Source of the DNA: Alkalispirochaeta sp.
GTDB lineage: Bacteria; Spirochaetota; Spirochaetia; DSM-27196; Alkalispirochaetaceae
Length of the DNA stretch: 64,000 nt
NCBI GenBank assembly: GCA_965601925.1
Contig: OZ271854.1
Location: 4,800,001 to 4,864,000, forward strand
Direction: 5' to 3'
The notes beneath the pieces were generated by a model that had not been told where the DNA came from, made no database searches, and saw only the letters and a program-made list of their open reading frames with translations. The translations under genes and the position numbers were made by a program. Of this stretch, positions 19,928 through 30,069 are shown piece by piece (the first letter of the stretch is position 1; each line of letters starts with the position of its first letter).

Positions 19928-21214
19928 ATGATCTCTCCCGAACGCTTACAATCGATCGGCATCCGGTTTCCCGAGATACTCATTCCGGATGCATCCGTAG
20001 ACCTGATGCGATGGTCCGTCATTGCGTGCGACCAATTCACCGCCGATCGCGACTATTGGGGAACGGTCGAGGCGACCGTCGGCGACGCACCGTCGACCCT
20101 GCGCATGATTCTACCGGAGGTATATCTCGAAGACTCCGACGTGGACGCTCGGCAGACCGCGACGCGCGAGGCGATGCGTCGATATCTCGATTCTGATCTT
20201 CTCAAAAGCGTCCCGGACTCGGCGGTATACGTACGACGCACGCTACCGGGAGGAGCGGTGCGCCGAGGAATCGTTCTGGCCTTAGATCTCGAATGCTACG
20301 ATTACCACAGAGGAAGCACGACCGTCGTCCGTGCCAGCGAGGAGACGATCCCGAGTCGTTTGCCCGCTCGTGCAACGACGCGCCGCGGCGCTCCGTTGGA
20401 GTCCCCTCACGTCATGGTGCTATTCGACGACCCCGAGCATCGCGTGGTAGGCGGTTTGGAGTCGGCACTCACCGACTTGGAGCGGCTGTATCGGACCGAA
20501 CTCATGCAGGGAGGCGGTTCGATCGAAGGGTTCCGCATCCCGGCACATCACGCCGCCGCAGACGATATGATTTCGAATCTGGAAGCGTTACATACACCGT
20601 CGGAGCTCGGTTTCCTCTTTGCCGCCGGCGACGGCAACCACAGCCTTGCGGCCGCTAAGACGATCTGGGAGGAACGCAAAGGCGAGGGCGCGGACGACGA
20701 CGATCCGTACCGCTGGTGCCTGGTCGAGATTGTCAACGTACACGACGAAGGGCTTCCCTTTCACCCGATCCACCGGTTGGTAGCCGGCGACGAGAATCTG
20801 ATCCTCGAGACGCTGTTGCGCGGTACCGACGCCCGCTTTCACGGATTCGCCCGCGACCGAATAGAGCATCACATCGAGACCGAAGGCTTATCGTCACATG
20901 AAATCGGAATCGTCGGTCCGCACCAGTCGGGCATTCTGACCGTTGCCGACGACGCGGGGTTGGCCGTCGGCCTCGTGGATGCCGCAATCGCGGGAGCTGA
21001 GGTGACGTCGATCGACTACGTGCACGGTCTGCGCGAAGTGGTCGAGGCGGCCTCCCGAGACGGCGCGACGGCGATCGTCGTTCCCGCTCCCGATCGAAGC
21101 GCCCTCTTTTCCACGGTGAGTCGAGACGGAGCGCTCCCTCGCAAAGCGTTCTCGCTCGGTAAGGCGCGGGACAAGCGCTACTACTTGGAGTGTCGTCGCC
21201 TGGACGGACGATAG
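19928..21214 (+). CDS. DUF1015 family protein
   Basis: Motifs WSVIACDQFT, PSTLRMILPE, GDGNHSLAAAK, LPRKAFSLG. Confidence 0.88.
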   Translation: MISPERLQSIGIRFPEILIPDASVDLMRWSVIACDQFTADRDYWGTVEATVGDAPSTLRMILPEVYLEDSDVDARQTATREAMRRYLDSDLLKSVPDSAVYVRRTLPGGAVRRGIVLALDLECYDYHRGSTTVVRASEETIPSRLPARATTRRGAPLESPHVMVLFDDPEHRVVGGLESALTDLERLYRTELMQGGGSIEGFRIPAHHAAADDMISNLEALHTPSELGFLFAAGDGNHSLAAAKTIWEERKGEGADDDDPYRWCLVEIVNVHDEGLPFHPIHRLVAGDENLILETLLRGTDARFHGFARDRIEHHIETEGLSSHEIGIVGPHQSGILTVADDAGLAVGLVDAAIAGAEVTSIDYVHGLREVVEAASRDGATAIVVPAPDRSALFSTVSRDGALPRKAFSLGKARDKRYYLECRRLDGR

Positions 21215-21240
21215 ACTGGACCGGGACGGCGTCGACGCGA

Positions 21241-21741
21241 TCAGCCGAACCGCTTTTCGCCCTCAATCTCGACCTCCCAATCCTCGTCGTTCCGACGAAG
21301 AACGGCGCGGTCGGAGCGGGGCCGTGTTATAATAATGTCGATCAGCAAGTAGAGGAGCGAAATCGTCAACCCGATCGCCCGAAAGAGCGGACGGTTGTCG
21401 CGGGTACGGGGAAGCGCGTCGGGGAGTGCGCCGGGCGTATACCGATAAACGGATCGCGCCTCACGTCCGACGATGCGCAAGACATACTCATCGCCGGCGA
21501 CCAAACCGCTGTCGCGAGCCTCAATCCGCAACGTTTCCGCGTCGGTGGTTAGAAGATGTACCTGGCGGAGAAGTTCCTCCTGTCGGGCGTATAGCGATTC
21601 GAGACGCACACGGTTGCCGTCCGCATATTCGTCCATGAGTCGATACGCGATGACGCCGTAGCTCCCGAACAGTAATTCGAAAGCGAGATATGAGGCGATG
21701 CCCAACAGAAGTGCGGTCAACAAAGAAGAGATCTTCATCAC
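21241..21741 (-). CDS. Septum formation initiator (DivIC/FtsB-like) protein
   Basis: N-terminal TM, FGSYG, coiled coil, EARDSGLV..DE motif, plus an extra C-terminal TM. Confidence 0.7.
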   Translation of the reverse strand: MMKISSLLTALLLGIASYLAFELLFGSYGVIAYRLMDEYADGNRVRLESLYARQEELLRQVHLLTTDAETLRIEARDSGLVAGDEYVLRIVGREARSVYRYTPGALPDALPRTRDNRPLFRAIGLTISLLYLLIDIIITRPRSDRAVLRRNDEDWEVEIEGEKRFG

Positions 21742-21900
21742 TATTCAATACGGCCCGTCGGAGGGGCGGCTTTAGGCCGGTCCTGCAATCGGGCCCTACT
21801 TGCGTTGAGGCGGTATGAACCGTTAAGTTTTGATTCAACTCAAGGCCGAATTCGACCGAAGTAAAGAAGGCAGCGATATCTCCGGCCGGGAGTACACACG

Positions 21901-24549
21901 ATGGATGAACAGAGAAACGATGGTGTCCAAGAAGAAGAACTCGAACGATACGGAGTCTGGGTAAAGGCGGGACCGGAAGAGGTCGTTGAGGCCGAAGATG
22001 ACTTCTCGTTCGCCGATCTCCCCCAAGATGCGTCCGACGAGGTCGCGCCGAGTGACGAGATCGACACGGCGTTGGCGGAGGATGCACCGGTAGCGGAGGG
22101 CCTATCCGATCTTGACGACCTCGACTTCGAGGATTTGGACGTCGACGCCGACATAGTATTCGAGACCGCCGGCGAAACCGCAACGGAGTCCGACGATACG
22201 ACATCGGACTCGGCGCAATCGGTCGGCGAAGAGCCCGTCGCGGAAGTCGCAGAGCTCGACGACTTTGCCGAGGACGATCTTTCGGCCGAGTCGGACACGA
22301 CCGACGGGACGGAGTTTACCCTCGGGGAAAACGACGATCTCGTATCATTGGACGACTTGGACATAGAGGAGCCGGAAGACGAACCCGATCCCTTCTCCGG
22401 GCTTTCGGATACGGACCTGGAGGTCTCCGTCGACGAGTCGGATGTTCTGGACACCACCGAGGAGACGCAATTCGACGCAACGATGCCCGGCTCCGACGAC
22501 GAACTGAGCGCCATCAGCCTGGAAGACGTCAATGTCGACGAGGAGAGCGAGTTTCTTCCGGAACTCGAAGCCGATGAGCCGGTGCAGAGGGAAGATTCGG
22601 TACCGGTCGACGAGCCCGATGAAACCGTTGAATCGGAAGAACACAGCTTTACTCCCGAGCAACAGGGCATAGAGATCGTACCCCAAACTCCCACCAATCG
22701 TCTCACCGCGGACGAGGAGGAGTTTCTCGAGGAGTCCGCCGAGGGCGACGCTATCGCGGATTTGCAAAACGATTCCGAAAGTGATATACCGAATTCGATG
22801 GATCTCCAAGAACGCCAAGCGTTCGATCGAATTCAGAACGAACTGGCGGATATTAAAAAAGAGTTGGCGGATCTCAAGGCGGCGTTACGCTCCGGAGCGG
22901 TTCCGCAGGTAGACGAGATTGACACCGCCTCCGAGCACGAAGCGTCCGATATCGCCGCACCCGACGCCGGAGCGAGCGCCGAGGACGACGAAAGTCACGG
23001 CCCCGGCTTTTTTGAGGATGAAGAGGACGAGACGATCGCCCTCACCGGTGACGAATTAGACAACATTCTCAACACGGCGGAGTTCACCGAACAGGCGGGC
23101 GAAGCCGAAGAGTTGGACGAGGACTTCTTGGTCGAGCCCGACCTCACGGCGGGAGCCGCGGAGGAAACGGTTCCGTCGTTCGAGGACGATACGATCGAGT
23201 TATCCATCGACGCGGCCGATACGGAAGAAGTCGACGAGGAAGCACCTCATCTCACCGACTCCCCGGAGGAGGAAGCATCGCCTCTCGCCGCGGCGGACGC
23301 ATCGGTCGAGATCGATGATACGGGGACCGAGGAAGCGCCACCGCTCGTATCCGATATCGAGATGGAGCCGATCGCCCGTCAGCCGGTTGTATTCGAGGGC
23401 GACGAGTCGGCCGTGGACGAGTTGGCGGAGATGGACATCGACCGTGAGCTGGTCGATATCGAGGGCCTTACCGACGACAGCGCGTCCGAGGAGCCCGTCG
23501 GACCGGAAGAGATCGATATAGATATCGACGACATAGAGGGTATCGACACTTCGATCGTACTCGAAGATAACGCCGACGAGGAGGCGCACGAGGCTGCGAT
23601 CGAGGCGGACCAACGGGCGTTGGCCGACGCCGCCGGGACTCCCGAAGATGACGACGAGTTGATGATCGGTGACGCTGAGATCGATCGCGGCGAAATCGAA
23701 TCGCAGGAACCCACCTCCGATTCTACGGATGGTGATTCCGCTCTCTCCGAAGGGATAGGAGAACGAGCGGTCGAAGGATTCGACGAGTTTGCCGCGGCGG
23801 TGGAGGAGGATATCACCACCGCCGAATCGGGTGTGGAACTTGACGAGACCTTCGACATCGACGAAGGCACACCCGCAGCCGAAGTCCCGGCGCAGGAGAG
23901 CGCCGCGGAGGACGACGAAGAGGAGATCGAAATCGATCTTGCCGATCTCGACGACTTTGACGACTTCGACGATACGGAAGTCGCACTTGACGAGCCCTCC
24001 ACCGAAGATACGACGGGAGCCGACCGGGTGGAGACATCGATCGATTCCGCGGAGATCGACGCTTCCGACGCGGGCGAATCGCTTGAGATCGAAACCGATG
24101 TCACCCACGATATCGACCTCTCGACGGAGATCGAGGAGACACCGGAAGGGGTAGTCGAAACGGCGGAGCCGGACCAAGCCGACATCGCCGCCTCCACCGA
24201 AGACGAGGATAGTGCGACATCCTATGAAGACGGCGCCGAGGAGATCGATCTCTCCGTCGAGCTCGAGACGTCCGAGGGTGCCGCGGAAACGGTCGCCGTC
24301 GATGTTGTCGATTCGTCCGTCGCGGAGACGCTTGAGGAAACGCCGGAGGCGAAAGAGCCGTCGACCGTCGGCGCCGGTTCGTCCATCGCCGACCTACCGG
24401 ACGATCTCAAGCAGGAGATTCGTTCGGTGTTGAGCTACATGGATCAACTTCTCGAGGCGCTGCCGGACGATAAGATCGAGGAGTTCGCCCAGTCCGACCA
24501 TTTCGAGGTTTATAAACGTCTCTTTGAAGAACTCGAATTGGAGACGTGA
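21901..24549 (+). CDS. Very acidic, largely disordered 882-aa protein with short helical islands
   Basis: D/E-dominated composition. Ordered motifs YGVWVK, IQNELADIKKELADLK, IALTGDELDNILNTAEF and C-terminal LKQEIRSVLSYMDQLL...YKRLFEEL. Confidence 0.85.
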   Translation: MDEQRNDGVQEEELERYGVWVKAGPEEVVEAEDDFSFADLPQDASDEVAPSDEIDTALAEDAPVAEGLSDLDDLDFEDLDVDADIVFETAGETATESDDTTSDSAQSVGEEPVAEVAELDDFAEDDLSAESDTTDGTEFTLGENDDLVSLDDLDIEEPEDEPDPFSGLSDTDLEVSVDESDVLDTTEETQFDATMPGSDDELSAISLEDVNVDEESEFLPELEADEPVQREDSVPVDEPDETVESEEHSFTPEQQGIEIVPQTPTNRLTADEEEFLEESAEGDAIADLQNDSESDIPNSMDLQERQAFDRIQNELADIKKELADLKAALRSGAVPQVDEIDTASEHEASDIAAPDAGASAEDDESHGPGFFEDEEDETIALTGDELDNILNTAEFTEQAGEAEELDEDFLVEPDLTAGAAEETVPSFEDDTIELSIDAADTEEVDEEAPHLTDSPEEEASPLAAADASVEIDDTGTEEAPPLVSDIEMEPIARQPVVFEGDESAVDELAEMDIDRELVDIEGLTDDSASEEPVGPEEIDIDIDDIEGIDTSIVLEDNADEEAHEAAIEADQRALADAAGTPEDDDELMIGDAEIDRGEIESQEPTSDSTDGDSALSEGIGERAVEGFDEFAAAVEEDITTAESGVELDETFDIDEGTPAAEVPAQESAAEDDEEEIEIDLADLDDFDDFDDTEVALDEPSTEDTTGADRVETSIDSAEIDASDAGESLEIETDVTHDIDLSTEIEETPEGVVETAEPDQADIAASTEDEDSATSYEDGAEEIDLSVELETSEGAAETVAVDVVDSSVAETLEETPEAKEPSTVGAGSSIADLPDDLKQEIRSVLSYMDQLLEALPDDKIEEFAQSDHFEVYKRLFEELELET

Positions 24550-24567
24550 TCTCCGGGAGCCCTACAG

Positions 24568-25608
24568 GTGGGATTGATTCACCGTCTGAACGCCCCGCCC
24601 GATCCTGAGTCGGTGGTGGGGCGTGTCCTCGCGATGCGACGGAGCCGAGAGCCCGGCGTCCTACCGGAGACGGTGAACGAAGGCTCGGCATCTGATACAC
24701 AGAAGGCCGAATCGACGGTCGACGCCGCTGCGGCGATCCGGTCTCTCCTGCGAGAGCTTCAAACACAGCGTCGGTATGGAATCGCAACGCCGTCGCACCT
24801 CTTTTCCATGCTCCACCGTCACCTACGAGTACAGCGAGGTGCCCTCTTGGTGCCGAATCAAGAGGACGAGTTTTTGCCGATCGCGACATCCGGCCTCGAT
24901 CGCACCAGCCGCTTTCGCCTTCGTGTGACGAGTGCGGAACTATCCGAGCTCTTGACGCCCGGTAACGTAGCGGTTCTGACCGGCGATGCGCGGGATTTTT
25001 TCTCCGATCGGCTGTCGCGCGTCGATTTTCGAAGCTCTCCCCGTCTGGGACTCTTTCCCTTTACCCACTTGAGTCGTGTATTGGCCCTCCTGATCGTCTT
25101 TGATTCACCGATTCTCGATTCAGAGCGTGTCGTGCTGGACGTTCTCCTGGCTGCGCTCTCCGATAACGCGGGCCGTCTCATCTTCGACGGTCGACAGAAG
25201 CCGCTCAGTCTCAGAAATCGCGGTGTCGTGCTGCCGACCGATCAAATCTCGACGATTCGTCGGCGAATCGAAGAACGGGCCCGGGAGCGTGATAGCGCGG
25301 CCGAGGTGATCGAGGTCGAGTTCGATTCCACGATCCGTACGATTCTTGAGGCGCACCCCCATCTCGACCGGGAGCGTCTCATCGAAGACGTATTCGACAC
25401 CGCGGCGCTTCTCGTCTCCTCTCACTATAGCGTCGTGCGCACGGATAACGACCGCGCGCTCCTTCTTGGGGTGGCGTCGGCGTCGATAGACGTGGAGCTT
25501 CTCATCCACCTGTTGGGATCGACGTTGGCTCAACTGTTCGGGTGCGACCGCCTTCCGAAACTGCAGTTTCACCTCCGGAGCGCCGACGATATAGGTCGTG
25601 ACGCGTGA
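24568..25608 (+). CDS. Hypothetical protein with a GAF-like domain
   Basis: GTG after GGGAG; RGALLV...FLPIATSGLD and LFPF...LALLIV patterns; co-oriented in the operon. Confidence 0.6.
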   Translation: MGLIHRLNAPPDPESVVGRVLAMRRSREPGVLPETVNEGSASDTQKAESTVDAAAAIRSLLRELQTQRRYGIATPSHLFSMLHRHLRVQRGALLVPNQEDEFLPIATSGLDRTSRFRLRVTSAELSELLTPGNVAVLTGDARDFFSDRLSRVDFRSSPRLGLFPFTHLSRVLALLIVFDSPILDSERVVLDVLLAALSDNAGRLIFDGRQKPLSLRNRGVVLPTDQISTIRRRIEERARERDSAAEVIEVEFDSTIRTILEAHPHLDRERLIEDVFDTAALLVSSHYSVVRTDNDRALLLGVASASIDVELLIHLLGSTLAQLFGCDRLPKLQFHLRSADDIGRDA

Positions 25609-27169
25609 ACTCCACATAAGTCGCAGCGGGCACCCGAGCGTGCTCATTAACGGTATCTCGCTCCACTCCCGGTACGATCCGATCAAGGAAGCCGATCGGA
25701 GAGCCCGCCTCGTTGCGCCGGGGGGTCACGTACGGTGCATCGTCGTCGTCGGCGAGGGTCTGCCGTACCTGAGCCGCGTTCTCGCCGACCGCTTTCCCGA
25801 CAAGCGCATTCTAAGCGTGATGTTGACGGCTCCGCCGCACTCGGCGCCGCCGCCGGGAGAGTGGACGGCCGCCGACATCGCGGAAGAGGGAGCGATACGC
25901 GGTTGGCTCCGCAGTCGCGTACACCCTCTGGACGCCGCCGCCCTCGCCGTGGAGCGGTGGGAGCCGGCAGCCCGTTGCGCGCCGACGGCCATAGAACGTA
26001 TCGAATCCGAGGTCGTCGCCGCCATCAGGGACCTGCAGGGGCAAATTGCCACGGTAGGATCGTTCGGCCTACGCTGGTTATCCAACGCAATACGCACCGT
26101 TATCGATATCGATACGCGCTGGGAGGTTCGAGTCGAGGGCGGGCCGCTCCTCCTGGCGACGAGCGGTCCCTCGTTGGAACGACTCTCTCGCTTCCTTCGG
26201 CAGGGCGCCGCCGCCCCGCTTCTTTTTGCGACGAGTTCGGCGCTCCGTCCGGTGACCGCGGCGGGTCTCACGCCGGCGTTGATCGTACACACCGACGGCG
26301 GTTTTTGGGCTCGCCGCTACCTCGCGCGGCCGCCGCGCACCGCCTTCGGAACGGCGACGACGGCCGACTCACCCCTGCTCGCCCTCCCTCCCCGCTCGGG
26401 CGGCGTACGACTCGGCGGCTCCGCCCCTCGGTTTCGTCCCGCATTACTCGCCACGGGTTGGGTCGGCGACGAGTTGGCGCCGGACTCGTCGGAGTGGACG
26501 GTACTTCCGGAGATGCCCAGCGTCGCCTCGTCGATGCTCGCCCTCGCCCGCGTCGTTGCACCGGATAGTGCTCTCCTCATAAGCGGTTTGGATCTTTGCT
26601 CGCGCGGTATCTCGACCCATGCGCGTCCCCACGCCAACGACTCGGTCGTCTCCACGGCGTCGCACCGCCTAATAAGCGAGGAGTCGCTCCGATTCCGTCG
26701 AGCCGTTCCCCGCGGCGGCGGACGGGCCGAGCGGGACTACACGTGGCCCGACGGCGTCCCCGCCTATCAAAGTGCCGCGCTGGAGGCGTTCGTAGAGCCG
26801 ACGCGTAGACTCATCGCCGAGCATCGCCGGCGCGCCCCAGTGTGCCACATCGAGCCGTCGCCGGTATGGGAGGAGTCGAGTCGGTGCCTCGATGGGGAGC
26901 CTAAGCGGGAAGGAGCACATCTTGTCGTTCGCCGCATCGAGCGCCCTCCCAAAAGGCGGCGCATTGCACATCTTCGCACCGTTCTCGACGCGTGGATGCA
27001 CCTATCACCGACCGACGAGAGTGTACGGACTCGCGACATTTTGCTGCACGCGGCGCCGGTCGAGATGGTGAGGTTCGCGCGCGGCGCATCCACCTCCGAA
27101 GAGGTCTCTCGCGCATCCGGTACTGCAATCGCGAAACTGCGACGGTTAGTGGAACATCTCGATGGCTGA
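25598..27169 (+). CDS. Maf/DUF115 (MptE-like) family protein
   Basis: Motifs LHSRYDPIKEA, ATSGPSL, HTDGGFW, GLDL. Confidence 0.72.
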   Translation: MTRELHISRSGHPSVLINGISLHSRYDPIKEADRRARLVAPGGHVRCIVVVGEGLPYLSRVLADRFPDKRILSVMLTAPPHSAPPPGEWTAADIAEEGAIRGWLRSRVHPLDAAALAVERWEPAARCAPTAIERIESEVVAAIRDLQGQIATVGSFGLRWLSNAIRTVIDIDTRWEVRVEGGPLLLATSGPSLERLSRFLRQGAAAPLLFATSSALRPVTAAGLTPALIVHTDGGFWARRYLARPPRTAFGTATTADSPLLALPPRSGGVRLGGSAPRFRPALLATGWVGDELAPDSSEWTVLPEMPSVASSMLALARVVAPDSALLISGLDLCSRGISTHARPHANDSVVSTASHRLISEESLRFRRAVPRGGGRAERDYTWPDGVPAYQSAALEAFVEPTRRLIAEHRRRAPVCHIEPSPVWEESSRCLDGEPKREGAHLVVRRIERPPKRRRIAHLRTVLDAWMHLSPTDESVRTRDILLHAAPVEMVRFARGASTSEEVSRASGTAIAKLRRLVEHLDG

Positions 27170-28820
27170 GTCGACTTTCAGGAAGAACATCGCCGCGCTG
27201 ACGCGTCGACAGCCCGATCTGGCCGCCGATCTTGAGGCGACACACCGGGCTCCACACCTTCGCGCGACGAGAAATGCCGACGGCCTGCTCAATGTAGAGA
27301 TGACCCTAAAGGATCTGCCTCCGCGACGCCTGCACTCTCGCCACGATCCGCTCCGGGAGGCGCAACGCATTGCCGACTCCCTGGGGCCCGCCGCGACGTT
27401 GTTGTGCTACGGGTCCGGCGCGGCGTGGCTCCCCCCCGTGTATCTGGCACGCTACCGCAGTGCGTCGGCCGTCATCGTCGAGAACTCTCCTGCAGCGTTG
27501 CGTACGACGATCGAGGCGGTTGACATCGCACGGGAGATAGCGGATGGACGGCTCTATCTGGCGTGTTCGACGGAAACGCTGAAGGCGGTCGTAGCGACGA
27601 TCCACCACCCCACGCTCCGCGATCGCCTCCTACAGCACCGATTGACGGGACGCGACGCCGATCCGGATGCGGCGGCCTTCTTCGGCCGAGCCGCCTCGTC
27701 CGTCCGCACTGCGCTGGCGGCGGCCGCTGAGGATGGAGCGACGATGCGACGTTTCGCTCGCTCGTGGTTCGTCCACACCGTCGCCAATACGCGCACCGTG
27801 TCGTGGGCGGCGCAGGCAGATCGGGTCCGTTCCGTAACGAAACGTTTTGCGGGGCGACGGGCGGTAGTACTCGCCGCCGGTCCCACGCTCGACGACTGGC
27901 TTGGTGCACGGATGGGGGACTGCGGGCCGATCGCCGTCGTCGACACGGCCTACCCCGCCGTACGCGCGCGCGGGATTAAGCCCGAGGTGGTGGTCAGTAT
28001 CGATCCGCAAGGTTGGACGTGCATGCACCTTGCCGAGGGCGTCCCGCGGCATACGACGCTGGCCGCAGATCTCGGGGTCAGTCCTCTCGTATTTGCATCA
28101 TCCGAGTCGGCGATCGCGATTGCCGGTCGTCATCCGCTGCACCAGCTCCTCTCACTCCGCGGCTTTCCCCTGGGGACGTTGGCGAGGCCGGCGTTGACGG
28201 TCACCGAAGCGGCGGTTCTTACCGCTCGCGGCTTCGGAGCGAGGGAGATTGAGATCGTCGGGGCCGACGGCGCCTTTCCCCGCGGAGCGACATACGCCAA
28301 GTCCACCTATCACCATCGCTTTTCCGCCCGTCGAGCGACGCGAGTGCGCCCCCAGGAGCACTTCTTTGCCGAGCGGGTCTATCCGTCGGCCGAGCCCGAC
28401 GCGACCGGCATGAACCGAGGCGAACGATCGACGCAAGAACGGGACGCCCCGGTCTTCTCAATTCCCGCAATGCGTCGGGCCCGGGAGCGTCTGTCGGACC
28501 TCGTCTCATCCCACGTTGAGACTCCCTCTTTGATCGCCTCCAAGGGAGCGACCGCCGCGGTGCGCACTATTGACGACGTACGGGCGTTTTGGAGTGACCA
28601 TATCGTGCACATCGACCGCGCTATTCAGGAGCTTTCGAGCGGCGAGGAGCGCTCTACCCCGGAGATTCTGCAGTGTATCGGACCGGACGGCCGAGCACAC
28701 CTTCCCCTTCTGGCCGCGTTCCCGCACCGGCGCGGGGAACCGCACGGGGAGCCACAACGACGGTTCATCGCCGTACTCCAGACGGTAAGAGCTTTCCTTT
28801 TTAAGGAAATCAACCGATAA
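27162..28820 (+). CDS. Maf/DUF115 (MptE-like) family protein, second paralog
   Basis: Motifs FRKNIAAL, LHSRHDPLREA, AAGPTLD, VDTA, VSIDPQ, VGADGAF. Confidence 0.75.
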   Translation: MAESTFRKNIAALTRRQPDLAADLEATHRAPHLRATRNADGLLNVEMTLKDLPPRRLHSRHDPLREAQRIADSLGPAATLLCYGSGAAWLPPVYLARYRSASAVIVENSPAALRTTIEAVDIAREIADGRLYLACSTETLKAVVATIHHPTLRDRLLQHRLTGRDADPDAAAFFGRAASSVRTALAAAAEDGATMRRFARSWFVHTVANTRTVSWAAQADRVRSVTKRFAGRRAVVLAAGPTLDDWLGARMGDCGPIAVVDTAYPAVRARGIKPEVVVSIDPQGWTCMHLAEGVPRHTTLAADLGVSPLVFASSESAIAIAGRHPLHQLLSLRGFPLGTLARPALTVTEAAVLTARGFGAREIEIVGADGAFPRGATYAKSTYHHRFSARRATRVRPQEHFFAERVYPSAEPDATGMNRGERSTQERDAPVFSIPAMRRARERLSDLVSSHVETPSLIASKGATAAVRTIDDVRAFWSDHIVHIDRAIQELSSGEERSTPEILQCIGPDGRAHLPLLAAFPHRRGEPHGEPQRRFIAVLQTVRAFLFKEINR

Positions 28821-28830
28821 TCTCAGGGAG

Positions 28831-30069
28831 ATGAGTCGACTTCTGGCGCGCATATACTTGATTACGACCATTCTTGTACTGGTGGGCATCACGGCGTTCT
28901 TCTTCTGGAGGCTCCATAGCGTACGAACGGAGCAGGAGACCGCCGCCGCCGAGAGCTTCCGTGGGTTGTCCGGGGACATTGCGACGCTGTGGAGCGACAA
29001 CGAGCTTCCCGCGGCGGGGGACGTCCTTTCGACGACCCTGGAGCGTTCATACGAAGTCGTTATCGAGCAACCGGAGGAGTCGGCCTCGGAGCGAGAGGCA
29101 GACGCGGCACCCGGTCACATGCCGCCCATCGTGGTAGGCGTCTACTCCTTCGATCGCGGCATCGACTATCTGTGGGCGCGCGACGGGCGATTCTTGGCGG
29201 ACGGGATGGTCGTCGAACACGGCGTCGCCCCGGTCATCAGTAGTAACGAGTTTATCCATCGCCGCTTTACGCGTTCCTTCGAGCTACCCGACGGGGAGCG
29301 TCGCATCGTTACCGCGGTATACTCCGTGCTGGACGCGCACGTCGCCTACGCCGCGTTGCGAGATACGCTCGTTGCACTTCTCGCGGCGATCGCCGGCGGC
29401 CTGGCGGTGACGATTATCCATCTCGCGGCGACTCGGCGCACGACGAGTTCTACGGTGCCCGTGAGTGCATCGCCGGCCGTTCATACCGTATCCGAGCCGT
29501 CTTCTCCGTCGGCGGCGACAATCGACCCGGCGGACGATGCCGTATCGGTACCGCCTCCCGAGGACACGGCCGAAGGTACCGCAGGTCTCGTTTCGAAATC
29601 GAATCTGGCACGTCGCCTTACGCTGGAGCTTGAACGTGCCGGCTTTTACGAACAGGATTTGAGCGTCGCCCTCTTCGAGTTTTTCGACGACAACAATGGG
29701 GTGGATGACGCCGCGTTCGCGCAAAATGCCGCTACAGTGCTTTCGTTCTTCGCCTTCGAGGACCTCTGCTTCGACGCCGGCGATAGACGCATCGCGGCGA
29801 TCTTTCCCAATACCACTCTGCAAGAAAACTTGGCACAAATCGAGCGGTTCCAGCACTTCTACTGGGAGGAACGTCGCAAGTGGGACCGAAACGAGGCCGA
29901 CTTCGTGTGCGGAGTCTCAGCGCGCAACGGTCGTCTCGTCGACGGTGAACGAATCATGGGCGAATGCGGTGCAGCGCTCCGACGCGCCAAAGGTACGCCG
30001 GGCCGAATTATGGGGTTCCAGCCGGATCCGCAACGTTACCGAGAGTTTTTGTCGGGTCAATCGGGATAG
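28831..30069 (+). CDS. Two-TM membrane protein with a degenerate GGDEF-like domain
   Basis: Two hydrophobic helices. The C-terminus follows GGDEF topology (RLTLELERA...DLSVAL...AIFPNT...CGVS...AALRRAK) but lacks the GG[DE]EF signature. Confidence 0.65.
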   Translation: MSRLLARIYLITTILVLVGITAFFFWRLHSVRTEQETAAAESFRGLSGDIATLWSDNELPAAGDVLSTTLERSYEVVIEQPEESASEREADAAPGHMPPIVVGVYSFDRGIDYLWARDGRFLADGMVVEHGVAPVISSNEFIHRRFTRSFELPDGERRIVTAVYSVLDAHVAYAALRDTLVALLAAIAGGLAVTIIHLAATRRTTSSTVPVSASPAVHTVSEPSSPSAATIDPADDAVSVPPPEDTAEGTAGLVSKSNLARRLTLELERAGFYEQDLSVALFEFFDDNNGVDDAAFAQNAATVLSFFAFEDLCFDAGDRRIAAIFPNTTLQENLAQIERFQHFYWEERRKWDRNEADFVCGVSARNGRLVDGERIMGECGAALRRAKGTPGRIMGFQPDPQRYREFLSGQSG

